From NCBI RefSeq assembly GCF_009914755.1, contig NC_060934.1: a stretch of DNA of 64,000 nt, one strand, 5' to 3'. A program made the position numbers and the translations under genes. The notes under the pieces were generated by a model. It did not search any database. It saw only the letters and a list, made by a program, of their open reading frames with translations, and was not told the origin of the DNA. Source of the stretch: the human T2T-CHM13v2.0 reference genome, Homo sapiens. The first letter of the stretch is position 1; each line of letters starts with the position of its first letter. This document shows, one piece after another, positions 27,959 through 43,920 of the stretch.

Positions 27959-30900
27959 CAATGATCACAAGGCAGTGAAGTATTTCCAGGGTTCACTTGT
28001 AGGTCATAATTGTCATCACTCTTATGGTGGTAGAGGTGGAAGAGTAGGTGGAGGTAATGTACATCTGGATTCACTATGGGATAGGCTGTGAAGGCTAGAC
28101 TAGTAGAGGTGTACTTCTGTGAGACTGATACTCTATTTTTAAACTAAGACATCAAGAAGCAAGCACTTGGGGGTTCTTCTCATGTATCATGAAGGAAAAA
28201 CTGAGTTGACTTTTTACCATGCATTTTACAGAATGCATGATAAAAATATTTGGGTATCCTACTCTCATTTTCCAATAACCAGTATATCTCAGTTATCATT
28301 AAATATAGATAAGCCTTTTCAACATTCAGTGCTGTATGTATATACACTACTTGAATAAGCAACAACCAATAAACATTTATTTTTCTATCGAATTTCAGGT
28401 ACAGGAGTGTCTCCTAGGGAGGGACAGCAATAGGACATGATTTACTCCTAGCATATGGGAACAGTCAGTTCTGTTTTCATTTCAAATTGTGCCTTCATTT
28501 AAAAAATTACATTATGAGCCTTTTTCTTCAAAGTACTTCTAAGAAGTAATTTAGGAAGTTATTGTTTTTTAAGCCACAATCAGATGACAGGTTTTATTTT
28601 CTTTCTATTTCACAGCTTAATAAGTGAAATAAAGATATTCTGATAAATCATCTTACTCAGGCTATATTACCTTATGAAAATTCAGAAGTAACTACACTCA
28701 ACTTTCCTTTTTTCTCCTACTGAGTTCATTTTATCCTTATCTGATGAACATATAGTTGCCATTAGATTTTTTTCAATGTCAAAGTTGGAAAAAATAGTAT
28801 TTTTGGTGTAGATATACAGAAGAGTGAAATAAACATTATCTTTCTAGTATAAATGTATCATCTGTATCTTAATCTTGCTTTCCTTTGATTATTAAATGTG
28901 TCGAAAGATGGCATTTTATAGAAATCAGGTGGCATTTTATAGAAAGACGCCACCTGATTTCATTGGTCCAAGATTAAATACCTCTGTGGAAAACAATGTT
29001 ATTTCCAACAGAATCAAAGAACCAGAAATATTTACAAACTGAGGTCGCAAGTGGAATGCCAGAAAATAAGGCCCCACTCTTTCTCTTCACATCTACCCCT
29101 TACCCCCATTTCCTCACATCTCTTTCTTATGCTGTTATTCTCACTTTCTCGCTATGGAACCTGGTTTTATTAGTCTACTCTAAGTGCCCTCTTAAATGTC
29201 ACCAGAGATTTGCTAGTTACCTCATGAAATGGTCCTTTTATTTTTTTCTTCATTTGACTTCACTTCTCAGCCATGATTTTACATTGTTGACCACCCTTTC
29301 TTTCTTTAAATTCTCCACCCTTCGGGACCCTTTAAATTATTGGCACTCTTTAGAATTTATTTCATTTCCTAAAATTTGCTAATATTATGTCCTCAACTGT
29401 ATTTCATAAACCTTGGTAAGCTCCTCCAGATATATGATTGCATAATACCTCAATGAAAAGAAGTCCCAAATATTTATATTCTTATTTGAACCCGGTGTCT
29501 GGCACTTATCAAATACCCACATATTTTTTAACAAATGAATGAGTGAATGAATGAATAGATGAACAAATGAACCTCTCGAATGATGTCCAATCTTAAAGTC
29601 CCTTCTTCCATTGATCACATTCAGGACTTGAATTTGCCTGGCAGTGGATAGGGGTTATGAGCTCGCTTGACCATGGGGGGCAGGCTAGCGATGTAAATGA
29701 CTACAATAGGCTAGTAAAACAGGTGGCAAACTGGGAAGTCTTATGTGATGAGGACGGAAATTACTGAACTCCAGCTTGCTGCTGCTCTGTAAGAATGTAA
29801 CCTCGGCTTTTTAAGAAAAGCAGAAAAAAACCTAGATTTTAAAAATATGAAATGTGATTTTGTAATCTGATTTTTTAAAAAAGCTCTGTAAACCAACAGA
29901 CCATTTCTGCAAACTCTTTGGCGTGTGGATGCCATTTTGTGATTTCTATCACTCAGATATGCCTCTTTAAAACCTGTCCTTTGCTTCAAATGAAGGAAGC
30001 CTATTAACCCATCTTGATTATTTTCTTGTTTTGATGTTTTGACATTTTAACATTTTGATATCCTATGCCTGTAACTTGTTTTTCACTGTGTCTAGGTTTT
30101 TTTAATCTTTTGTTTGCATTTCAATATTTTTCACAAGAAATTCCAACATTTCGCAAATCAAATTGATTTGTTTCACTTGTTTCCTTCTAAATAACTTAGA
30201 AATTGATATAACTTTGATATATAAAATCTTTTGGGCAACTGTGTATATCCTTTGGGTAATAGCTATGCTTGTTTACAAACTATATAGTTTTTATACTTGG
30301 AATAAAAATTGTAGAGCCAGCATTCTCTGTATGTACAGAACAGAATTTCAGATTGTGGTTTTCTCACAAATAAAATTTGTGTGTACTCGGAATTTTGGTT
30401 TTATTCTCTTGAAGTTGTTCAGCAGGCAATTAAATATTGATAAGTTTCTGGTTGGAGATTGAGTGAAATGAATATATGTTTGACCATTCTTTTTAAATTT
30501 GAGAGTGCATAAATACTAGTACTGATTAAGCACACAGTAGAAAATGGAATGGCATTGCCGAAATGTAAACTCAACACCCTTTCTCCAGAACTCAGCCTCA
30601 TGACTACTATCTAGTTCTGCCTCTAAAAGTAACAAGCTTTATTTTCTTGTTGGATGGAGATAGTAGAGTCATAAATTGAGTCATCTTATAAACTGTATTA
30701 TTAACATCCTTTAACCAATAGCATCTTATTATTAGAAAAATTTGAGTCTCTTTCACTTTAGTTGACATAAAGCAAATTGTGCAGTATTGTTTGGCTCAAG
30801 CATCTTTTTTTTTTTTCTTTCCTTGCTCTGATAAGTGTTTATACACACCAAAGAGAGGGTAAAATGTTTACTTTTTACAGAAGTACTCCCTTATATATAT

Positions 30901-31009
30901 ATGAAAACTAAAGGTGTGTTTAAGAGCAATCACTTCACGTTTAGTTCAATAACTCATAAGTCAATCCATCTATACTTTGACTTACCATTGCTTCAAGATC
31001 CCTACTTGA

Positions 31010-31800
<791 letters not shown>

Positions 31801-32340
31801 GCACTGTTCTGCTACCACTTGATAAAGTTTAGTGTACTGGCAAAATTGACATAGCATTAGATTTTGAGTCAACCACTCATTGATTGACTTTCAGCAAGCC
31901 AGTTAAGCTCCTGTAAACTAAGCCAATTGAACTAGGTGATCTTTAAGTTTCGTTAGGTCATAGCTTCTGGTTCTCTGAGAGTTGGCCCTTTTCCACCTGG
32001 AACAGACCCCTGAATGCCAAGTGCAGCCCTGAGTTACCTGTTAAATGGTGGCATTTAATACCAAACCACTGTCAGCAAGGAACTTCCCTCCAAGAACTTT
32101 CCCAGCTGTTGCCTCTCATTCTGAGTACCTGTGCCACATGCCAGGCCCTGTTCATGTTAATGCAAAAATGAATTAGCCAAAGTCAGTTGAATAGACATTA
32201 ATATTAGAAATCTGTATTTCCTTATTTGTTTTCACTTCATAGTCTGTGATCATGGAAAAGTTAATTAACATTTCTGAACTTGCTTCTTTGTTTTATCTTC
32301 TGATGTATATTTTTTTCTTTTAAAAAATTAATAAAATTTT

Positions 32341-32645
32341 GCTGGGCATGGTGGCTCATGCTTGTAATCCCAGCACGTTGGTAGGCTGAGGCAGGCAAAC
32401 CACTTGAGGTCAGGAGTTTGAGACCAGCCTGGCCAACATGATGAAACACTGTCTCTACTAAAAATACAAAAATTATCCAGTTGCGATGGCACAAGCCTGT
32501 AATTCCAGCTACTCGGGGGGCTGAAGTAGGAGAATCACTTGAACCCAGGAGGTAGAGGTTGCAGTGAATGAGATCACACCACTCTCCTCCAGCCTGTGAG
32601 CCTGAGTGAGACTCCATCTCAAAAACAAAAAAGAAAAGATAAAAC
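32341..32645 (+). mobile_element. AluS (Sx/Sz-like)
   Basis: Dimeric Alu with cacttgaggtcaggagtttgagaccagcctggcc; flanked by aataaaatt. Confidence 0.9.
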
Positions 32646-33929
32646 AATAAAATTATAGTACAGAAATTAAGTACTGGATATGGATTTTAATATTTTTCCA
32701 TATTTGAATTTGATTATTATTTATTTATATAGAAGTAAAATGTTATGAAAACTATTCAAGCTGCTTTTGTATCCCACCCGCGTACTTCCTCTCCTTCCCA
32801 ATATCACCATTCTGAAGCTTATTGTATGCATCCTCATTGCTCATGTGTCTATAAATATGTCTATAATTTATTGTGTATATATGTATTCATATTTGTATTT
32901 AAAATTTTACCCATGTGAAATATTATTCTGTTTCATTCTCGGTCAATATATTATTTTTTTCTTTTCCTTCTATTGTCATAGGCATTGCACTTATGTCATT
33001 CCTTCGTTTAGAAGTTTTACCTTCTTCTATTTTAATGATTATAACCTTTATATGTTAATATGTATATTTAACATGTAACACTAATCAATAGCTCTATTCC
33101 TCTCTTGAATAATAATATAATATTAAGTGTGTTAAACTCCAAATTAATTACTCCTACCAATCTTCTAGGTAGTTTTCTACTGGTCCCCAAATATTAATCA
33201 TTATTATTACTGTATTTTTTCAGACACAACCAAAACCTAATTATTTAACATTTATCAACTCGTTTACAAATTCCTTTGCCCACTATTGCTCCTGTAACCC
33301 ACCTCATTTCTTTTAGATTTATTCTTTGAAGAGATGATTGGTTTATACCTTCTGCCCTTGCCTACACATGAGTGAATTTTGGGTTAGGTGTAAATATCTA
33401 GGTCAAATTTCATTTGAAGTGTTATTACATTGTCTTCTGACATTCATGTTCTGCAGCCAGTCAAATCACCATTCCTTTGTAGGTAAACTGTCTCTCTGGT
33501 AGCTGTTTCTGTCTTTGACATTATGCATTTTTGCTATAATTAATGTAGGTACAGATATATTTATCAATAAATGAAGAATAAAACTCTGTGCATCTCCTTT
33601 TGAGAATGCAGTTTTTTTTCAATCCTAGAAAATTCTCAGCATTATTTCTGCATATATTCTTTCCCCCGCTTTCTCTTTTCTCTCATTTTGTAACTTTTAG
33701 TGGCCTAGACCTAACCTCATCATCATATGTCCTTACCTCCTTATTCACATTTGAATCTTCTTTCTCTGTGTCATTCGGTGCTACATTTTTAATAGAAGCT
33801 GGGCAGATTGTCTCAGATGGTCATGCCATTCTCTACTTCTTCCTTCAATTGTATCAAGTCTTCAGTTCAATTAATACACTGAGTAGGTTCCAATGACTAT
33901 TTTATAAAAGTAATTTTAGAAGTTCTACT

Positions 33930-34190
33930 TGGTGCATCAAAGTGCTTAGGAGTGTGAGCTCTGAAATGAGACTTCTTGGGTTCAAACCCCAGCTCCATTG
34001 TTTATGAAATGTGTGATCTTGTTGATGTTCATCTCTGTTTCAGCTTCATGGTTTGTAAAAGTAGAATAATAGTGCTTGCCACATAGGGTCAAGGTGATTA
34101 ATAGGCCAAATAATGTATATAGTATGTATGCATGTTAGAATAATGTCTGGCATATACTAAGTGTTTGATAAATGTGAGGTATTATTGCCA
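33930..34190 (+). mobile_element. MIR
   Basis: gggttcaaaccccagctcc ... tgtgtgatcttg ... aatgtctggcatatactaagtg. Confidence 0.7.
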
Positions 34191-34217
34191 TTATTTTATT
34201 ATTTTTAAATATCTTTT

Positions 34218-34563
34218 TTCTTTTCCTTTATTTATTCATATTTTTAATTTTGATTCAGAAGGTACATGTGCAGGTTTGTTACATGGGTGTACTGTGTGAT
34301 GCTGAGGTTTAGGCTTCTAATACTCCCATGGCCCAAGTAGGGAACATAGTACCTAAAAGGTAGATTTTCAACCCTTGCCTCCATCTCTGCCTCCCCTCTT
34401 TTCAACTCTCTAGTGTCTATTGTTCCCATGATGGTGTTCACATGAACTCAATGTTCAGCTCCCACTTATAAGTGAAAACATGTGTATTTGGCTTTCTGTT
34501 TCTGCATTAACTGGTTTAGGATAATGGCCTCCAGCTGCATCCTATGTTGCTACAATGGACATC
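34218..34563 (-). mobile_element. L1PA15/16-like 3' end with a 13-bp TSD
   Basis: ggtacatgtgcaggtttgttacatggg ... cagctcccacttataagtga; TSD ttaaatatctttt at 34205-34217 and 34564-34576. Confidence 0.85.
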
Positions 34564-35989
34564 TTAAATATCTTTTACATTGTTTCTTATATCATCTTTT
34601 TTTGCTGTATGTCTTCAGAAATTATTTTTAGAATGTCAAATTCTTTGAAACTTTCTGTTAGTTTCACTTTTGGGGTGCACATTCTTCCATTTGTCACTTC
34701 CACCAACTTTCCTTCCGTGTGTGGTTTAGTATAGCTGAGGTGTGCTTGTCTTGGGTGGGGGTGGGGGTGGGGTTTTTTGGTGTTTTTATTTTCTACCACA
34801 TACCCATTTTCAGTGGAGTTAGTGGACTGAGGGATTGATTTTCTTGTGCTCACGTTATTGAAGCATCTCTATGTACCTATTTTATATGTTTCATATTTGC
34901 CTCTGCAAAGATACGTTTTAGCTTAATATCCCTGTAACTTGAAGATAACATTGAAAGAATTCAGTTCTTCCAGTTACAAGGCTTGGGTTTCTGTTTCTCT
35001 CAGAGAAAGACTCTTGACATTTACTTGGGCTGACAGAGAGAGTTATTTATACTGCGTGTGCCTTTTGTGTCGAAATGCTCCAGGGCTCTGGCCTTATGAA
35101 GGACTCAGTCCCAGTCGCCCTCTCCCGTGGGGCCATCACCAGGCTCCTTCACCCAGCCCTTATGACTCCTGTGCGGCTCCAGCTTGTTTCTCCAGCCTTG
35201 GGACCCTTCTCTTTCCAGCACCTGAGACTCTCAGGGTTTATTGTTTTGCTTTTTTTTTTTTTTTTTTTTTTTTTTTACGTTTTTCATTTTAGTGAATATT
35301 ATAATTAATTTGGTTTTTAGTGAAGATTATTCTCGTGAGGATTATAGTGAATAATCTATGGAAAAAGTAACACAATGTCTGGTGGGAATTTTTATTTCTG
35401 TTGTTCTGGATTTGTGGCTGTCCAAAACAAAACAAAACAATACAAAACAAAACAAAAAGATGCTGTCCTCTCACTTTTCTGGCCTGAGTTATTCTCCTCT
35501 TCAGGATTTATAAAGAGGAGATTAAAATAATTGATGTACTAGGTGCTATAGGAAAAGCACAGAGTATCATAGTAACATTTTTTCTCCACCCCAGAACTTT
35601 TTCCTACGGGGCAAGTCAACTTAGCTGTCACACAAGTATCTCACATATCCCTTGGACAAAAGTAAACTCATTTTCTTTCCAACTCCAATCAAGTCTATTC
35701 TTTTTCAAGTGAATATTACATGTGTTTATCAAACCAGAAATTTGGACATTATCCTTGACTCTTTCTTCTCCTAAAATTTCCTCTCATAATAACGAATCCT
35801 GTTTGTTCTACCTCTTAAATAACTCTCAACTTCAACTCTCAATCTGCTTCTCACCACCCTCATGCCACTGTTCCTGTTAGTGCCACCATGATCTGTCTAA
35901 ATTATAGGACAGCCACCTAATTGGTCTCCCTGTGTCCAGTCTTCCGCACTTTTTATCCATTCCCCTCTTTGTGATGATGACAAAGTATT

Positions 35990-36450
35990 TGTATTAAGTT
36001 TCTTAGTGTGGCCATAATAAATTACACAAACTGGGTGGCTAAAACAATAGCAATTTATTCTTTCACAGGTCTGTAGGCTAGACATCCAAAGTCAAAGTGT
36101 CACCAGGCCACACTCCCTTTGGAAGCTCTAGGGAGGAATCTGTTCCATGCCTCACTCCTAGCTTTTGGTGGTTCCCAGCAGTCCTTGGCATTTTTTGTCT
36201 TGGAGCTACATCACTTTAGTTTCTGTCACTGTCTTCACATGGCTGTTTTCCCTCTGCGTGTGCCTCTGTATCAAAATCTTTCTTTATGAGAACACCAGTC
36301 ATTGAATGGAGGGCCCACCCTGATCCAGTATGGCAGCACCTTAACTTGATCATATCTGGAAGACCTTATTTTCAAATATAATTACATTCACAGGTTTGAG
36401 GGCTAGGGCTTCGACATATCTTTTGGGAGGGCACAAATCAACTCACTACA
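35990..36450 (-). mobile_element. MLT1C-like MaLR LTR within L2 sequence
   Basis: aaactgggtggctaaaaca ... ctctagggaggaatc ... gggcccaccctgatccagtat ... cactaca. Confidence 0.8.
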
Positions 36451-38699
36451 TTCTCTAAAGCAAATCGCGTCATGCCACTTTTCTCCTCAAAGGCTTGCTC
36501 TGGCACTCCCTGTTGTGAGAGCTGCTCCCATATCATTGCCGCAGTCTCATGATCAGCTACATCCTGCTTCATTATCTATGCTGTAATCATACTGAGATCT
36601 GTTAGGTCCTCATCATCCCCATGATTTATTTCACTTTTAGGTATTCATTTGTAGTAACATTTTGTAATTCATCTGTTCTGGCATGAAAGAGTGGCTGAAC
36701 TTACAACAATCTCCAAATGAGATATTAGAACCTGGAAGTCCAGCACAGCACAGGACCCAAATACATAGGCATGTAGAAGCTGACCTGTTGCTCTGAAGAT
36801 GCCTGGACCCATTATATGGACCTTAATTAAAAGATACCTGTGATATAATGGCCCATTGGACTTTGATGTCAAGGAACTCATTACAGGATTAATGGAAACT
36901 GTATCCTGATTTTAGAGAAAACATAATGCATAAAAAAATTATACACACATGCAACCTCCCCTTCATATCTCAAATTATTGATATTTGTATGGGAGCGCCT
37001 TAGCATTTGGACTAGACTACTTCCACAATAATCAAGATTATTTAATAAACAAAATTTGAATCCTTCCTCTGAACTTCTCTGAACACCTTCACCTGAAACA
37101 TACAGTTAGTTGTACAAAAAAATTATTGTTGCTGTTGTTTGAATTTACTTAATAATCTTGCTAATGTTTTAGTGTGTACCTTAGACTCAAGTATGCCTAA
37201 ATTCTTGATTTAGCTCATTATAATAGGTACAAATTATCAGTAACTGACCAGTAACTAATGTTAATAAAATACATTAGTTTTAAGTAAGTTGGGAAATTGG
37301 TTTTTTAGAAAGCTTCTGTGAAATGCAAGGAGATTTTTGAAAGAGGACTTTTCTTCTAGAGGAAAGCTAAGGGCCCGCTTACATGAATGACTGTTTATAG
37401 AAAAGGGATCAGCTTTTTATAGAAGATTGGAGAAACATCAGGGTGTCTTAGTACTTTTCCATAAAATGGTTTATTTATCTCTACTGTCTAAAATGTAAGG
37501 TCATTTTCCGTGGTGGAAATTGAGCTACTTATAAAAACAATTCAGTCTCTCATTGTTACTCTACAACATGTCATTCAGACAAATAATTCCCTTCAGGTGC
37601 CACAAGATAAGAAAAAATAATGTAAATTTGAAAATCGCTTCAAAAATGGACATAAAAATGTTTCACTTGGAGTTAATTTTCTTGCTAATGAACTCAGCCG
37701 GTGTTTTGTGTCTCTGTCATTCTCATTCCTTCCAAGTCTAAATGATTGCTTCTTAATTTTTCCTTTATACAATTGTTAATAAATCATGACTTGCTATAAA
37801 TCATACTTTGGACAGGCAACAAAGATTTTAATTGGCTAGATTCACTGTCATTACACTAATCACTTCTGATGCCTACAAAAGAAATGCTTTAAGGTCCTCT
37901 AAATTCTTGCCAGAAAAAAATTTGAGTGTAACATTACTCATGTGTTCTGATTAAGACTGTATCGCATAAAAGGAGCATTTGCAACTGTATTTGGCATTGC
38001 ATGGTTCTTATTCCTTGTTCATACAATGAAATGGAAATGAGAAGTATCTGAGAAAAGTATGCTATGTGATAATTGCCTTATCCCCTATTCCAGGCATTTA
38101 GGAAAAGTGCAAGATTATTTTTAGAATATTTCAGTAATATTTAAAGGACTTTAAGTCCACTAACTTTTCCTGGGCCATTTCGAAAAATGTCAATAAATAA
38201 TCGTATAGGTACTTATTATTTAATCAAGCAACAAACAATTAGAAATTGAAATTAAAAATACCACTTATGATAGCATCAAAAACTAGGGAGTAGTTACAGA
38301 TAAATTTGTAAAAGATGTGTAAGATCTCTTCACTGAAAATTACAAAATGATTCCAAGAGAAAACTGAAGATATTACGTTCATACGTTGTAAGACGCAGTA
38401 TTATTCTCCTAGATGGATCTATACGCTCACCGCAATCCCAATCAAAATGTTACTAAGATTTTTTTGGTTGAAATTGACAAGATGATTTTAAAATTTATGT
38501 GGACCTAGAATTTATATGGACCTAAAATTTATATGAACAATTTAGAAAAAAAGAAAGTTTGGAAGACTAACTCCATCTGACTTCAAAGCTTACTTTAAAG
38601 CTGCAGTAGCCAAGGCAGTGTGGTATTGATATCAAGTTAGACAAATAGATTGATGTAGCAGAATGAAGAGTCCATAAATCAACCACACATATATTGCCA

Positions 38700-39092
38700 T
38701 TTTAGTTAGCTTAGTTAGCTTTGCCGTTACAAAAAATACTGTAGATTAGGTGGCTTAACCAACAGAAATTTATTTTCTCACAGTTTTAACGGCTGGAAGT
38801 CTGAGGTCAAGATGCTAACATTGTCAAGTTCTATTGATTGCCCTCTCCCTGGCTTGCAGACACCCTTCTGGCTTTGTGCTCTCATAGCCGTTCCTCAGTG
38901 AATTCATGTAGAGAGAGAAAAACCACCTGCTCTCTGGTATCTCTTCTTGTAAGGGCACTAATTCCATCATGAGGGCCCCACTTTCATGACCTCATCTAAA
39001 CCTAAGGATCTCCCAAAGGCCCTGTCTCTAAATACTGTCACATTGGGGGTTAGGGCTTCAATATACACATATAAATTTAAAGGGGATAATTT
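38700..39092 (-). mobile_element. MLT1A0-like LTR
   Basis: ggtggcttaa ... cagaaatttattttctcacag ... catgacctcatctaaacc ... gggggttagggcttca. Confidence 0.8.
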
Positions 39093-39366
39093 ATCAATTG
39101 ATTTTCAACAAAGGTTCAAATGCAATTCACTTAAGAAAGGTCAGATTTTCCACAAATGATGTTGAAACAATTGAAAATCCATCAAGAAAAAAATGAACTT
39201 GAATCCATACCTTGCACGACATACAAAAATTAAGTTAAAATGGATCATGGACCTAAATGTGAGATCAAAACTACAATCTTCAGGAAAAAATAGACAATAA
39301 ATTTTGTGGACTTTGGTTAGATGAAGATTTTTACATCAAAACATAATCTATAAAAGGAAAAAAAGG

Positions 39367-39678
<312 letters not shown>

Positions 39679-42600
39679 TTATTAAAATGAAGAATTTCTG
39701 TTTTTTGACAAACACTATTTAAAGTAGGAAAAGGCAACCCACAGACTGGGAGAAAATATTTGCAAATCACATATTTGAAAAAGAACTTGATTCCAGAATA
39801 TATACAGAGCTCTCAAATCTCAATAATGAGAAAATGAATAGCCTAATTTTTTAAAACATCCAAATTATTTGAACAGATATTTCACCATGAAGAGAAACTA
39901 ATGGCAAATAAGCAAGTGAAAATTGTCTCAACGTGATTAGTCATTAGGGAAATGAAAATTAAAACCACAAGGTAGTGCCACTGCAAACATATTAGAATAT
40001 CTAAAATTAAAAGGATTGATCATATAAAGTATTGGAGAGGATGTAGAGTATAAAATAGTACAACAACTTTGGAGAACAGTTTGGCAGTTTTTTTTTTTTT
40101 AAAACTTAAACATATTACCTACCATCTGACCCAGCCATTCCATTCGTAGGTATTTACATGAAACATGAAAGCTTACATGCATACAAAGACTTGTACAAAA
40201 ATGTTATAGCAGCTTTATATTTAATATCTCCAAATTTGAAACAACAGAAATGTGCATCAATAGATGAATAGGTAAACAATGGTGCTAGAGCCATGCAATG
40301 AAGTAGTATGTAGCAATAAAAATAGTGAAATAGTGATGTACTCAGAAACAGATTAGTATCAAAATAATTACGATGAAAACTTCAAAAATATTTACAATGA
40401 GTGAAATAAGCCAGATTAAAAAAAGTACATGCTGTATAATTCTATCTATCTAAGATATCTAAGATCTATCTAAGATATTATCTGCTTTCTGTCACCATAG
40501 ATTAGTTGCCATTCTATAGAATTTTATATAGAGATGACAGATGGCAGGAGACAGAGATTATAAAGGGATACTAATAAACCTTTGTAGATGATGGATATTT
40601 TCATTATATTGATCATGGTGACAGTAATTAGAATGTCTGCAAATGCCAAAAGTTTTCGAGTTGTACATTTTAAATGTGCAGCTTATTTAATGTCAATTAT
40701 ACCTCAGTAAATCTAATATGACGTTTTAAAACTCACTAGACAGTCGTACCCACTATCACTTTCATGGTTCTACACACAGGAGGCTCAGAGTTCTCTATGC
40801 TTCTATTATCAAAACATCTTTTAATAACATTTTAGTTCTGCAGTAGGTTTTACTACAGTCACCAATAGCAGAATACTTTAGGGCTCATTTGGGTAAATGG
40901 AATTAGATGCCCATGAGTGCAATAAACTCACTGACAGTAGTAATCATCTTCTATAAAGGCATGGGGTTTTGAACAAGTCAAGTAATGGATAACTCGAACC
41001 ATGCAAGCAGGGATAGGCAAAAGGGTCTTGTCTTTGAGAGTCAATTTCTGTGCTTAGAGGTGCCCTCAGCAGCAGTGGATGACAGTTGTCTGCCGCCCAG
41101 ATGGCCGACTGCCACTCTCACTGTCTACTCGACGACATCGTTGCTGCAAGCCTGCTTCCCATATGGGGAAACATGTTGCTTTGAAAGGAACATTTTCCAC
41201 ACACATTCTGTAAGAAGAATACAGGTTTTCTACCGCCTACATCCATATGCACTTAATTCCCTTAGAAACATGGATTTGCTAACCTGGAGAAATAGAATTT
41301 GTTTACTTTAAGTCTTTTACATTGTATTACCAAACACAAATAGTCAAGAATTGTAAAACATGTACTTGAAGTTAATCTTAAAATTGATAAAATTTTAAAA
41401 TAACCACTAATTATTTTTAAAATAATCATTTTTTAAATATATGGGGGAAAGATAAATGTATGGTTTTTATGTTTCTAGACCTACCCAAGAATAGTAAGGA
41501 TTTGAGATTGCGGAAAATAATAGGTTATAGAAACTTTCCTACAAGAAACTATTGACATTTCATATCATTCTAACTTCCTACATGTGTACACTATTCCATA
41601 CACTACCATGAGCTAACCTATGATAATCATGTCCCTGTATGCACCTGAGAGGTAACAAAAACATTAAGCCAGCTGTCACACACCAGAGACTACCATATAC
41701 CACAATTATTTTTATTGCTTCTCATTTTAACTGCTATTCTTATTCAAAGGAAGACTGGATAAATTATTCTGTCACTAGCAACAACAATTTCATTAATTTT
41801 CCATTTGCTAAAGCAGAGTGAGTCATTACGAACTGGAATATAAATCTTACAGTTTCTCCTTCTAGCAGTGTCTAAATATCCTGAAAAGTGCTGCTTAACC
41901 AAATAATTTTATTTAAAGTAGCAAGACTATATGTGTTTATGAGAATGGGAAATAATTTTTACAAGAGTGATGAGATAGTTTGTATTTACAGTTTTTATTA
42001 TCCCTTTCAATGTTCAGAAATGGATCATGGATCCTGGGTCTCCCATGAGAATAGAGTTGGATGTGCCTACAGGCAAATATCATGGGAGAATAACCTCTAC
42101 TGGCATTTTAATTTCTTTCTCAAATGCATTAATTGCTCTTCAGACAGTTTCCTCTGTTAAGAACACTTACATTTACCTGGTCACCCAGGCTTGAACATTA
42201 AGGACAACCTCTGAAACAGCCCTCTGTGTCATAGCTCTCCTTCTTCATCTTTGGACATCAAATTTTATTGACAGTTCTTCCACAGCATTTCTCCCATTCA
42301 TTCATTTATCTCTTTTAACACCTTTTCCACTGTAATTCAGATCTTTTCTTGACCTGTAGTTCATTCTATTAGATGTGCATGGTTTTTTTTCATCATATCC
42401 CAGTATATCAAAGCACCACAACACTAGACTCAGGCAGTAGGACCCCTGCCCGAAGCCTGAGCTTTAAGTTTTAGATTCCAGAGGCCCTCTTCTGCTGTGC
42501 CTCTTCCCTAAGAAAAAAAGAATCTTTGGGGTCAGACAGATATGTCCATATGAAGCCTGCACATCTCCTTCTAGATCATCCTTTAGGAACCTGAGACTCG

Positions 42601-43920
42601 TGACTTCTGTTTCCCTCTGAGGCCAGGGAAAGTTCTTTCCTGTGTCCTTCCTAGTAAAAGTTGAGCACAGCAGTTGTGTGTATCCTAGAGGCAAGGTTCA
42701 CTGTTTAACTGGGGTGGGAGAAGCAAGTGGACCATTTCTTATCCTACCCCAGTTGGATATGTGGGCTACTCATGGTTTGTTAGAAAGCAGGAGATAGCTG
42801 GTAGAGGGGGACCAGGGTCACCTATTGCCATATGGTTATGATTCTGGCCTGCACTTGGAATTCTGAAGAACAAAAAAATTCTGGTTTGAATTTAGTCTTC
42901 CGGATTATTGAGAAATATTTTTCAAGGTAGGAGGATACTTTTACATTATTAGATATATGGTATGGGGGCCTCCATTTACAGTCTTGCTGTAGGCCCCATA
43001 CATGCTAATAAGTGCTAGGGCAGGCTGTCCCATGATAGGTCCATAAAGAAAAGCTGTTCTGATGGTAGCACAGCTTTCTCCAAAGCACTTTGTTATATCC
43101 CAGTGCCCACTAAATAAACACCAAATTTATTATTTTGAACTTCAAGTCCTACGACACAGCTCCAAATCTACTTCTTTGGCTTTATCTACCACTATACTAG
43201 AATAAAAACCTAAATTCTCAAGAAATATGGATTATAATATTAACCATTCCTGAGACCCTGACACTGTTCTGCCTCTGCGTATTTAAATATAACATTCCTT
43301 TTGCCTCTGTGCTATTTCATGCTGCATCCAATATCCACTTATAAGGTCCTGCTCATCCTTCTTGATTTAGTTTGAGCAACTTCTCCATGATGTTTTTTTC
43401 ATGAGTATCTAACCAAAAGTGATCCTTATCCATTAAGAGCTGGCCCATGTCCCGTCTTTGAATCCAACAAAACAAATATGCCAGTACCCTTCTAAAAGTT
43501 TTCTAAACATATGTTGAATTATTTTGTTACATTTTTCAATGCAAAAAAAAACTTCGTAAAGATGGTAATATTTTTTTCTCCTATTTTTCTTCTCAAAATA
43601 TGCTAATTTAGGAGTCCATGAAATGAAGGCAAGCAAACTGAGACTTAGTACATAAACTAGTTCGGTAAGGGGCTTAACTTGGTTGATAAGTACAAAAGTA
43701 AGGCCTACAGAATCTTCTGGATTCCCACTGAGTTGATTACTATCTATTTTTTAATCTTAAATTGCTATTTGGTATTTGTTTTGTGTATCATACAAAAACA
43801 TTGACTTTTATTTTCTCCTTTTTTTATTATTCTGTTAAAGTTTTTAAAATGAATTTAATTTATTTAAAGTCTCTAGCATTTTTGAGAATAATAATAATAT
43901 TAATCTGGTGATATAATAGA

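Noticed and set aside
26059-28074. Dense cluster of overlapping ORFs
   Set aside because: Explained by the stop-poor, GC-rich MER52 LTR.
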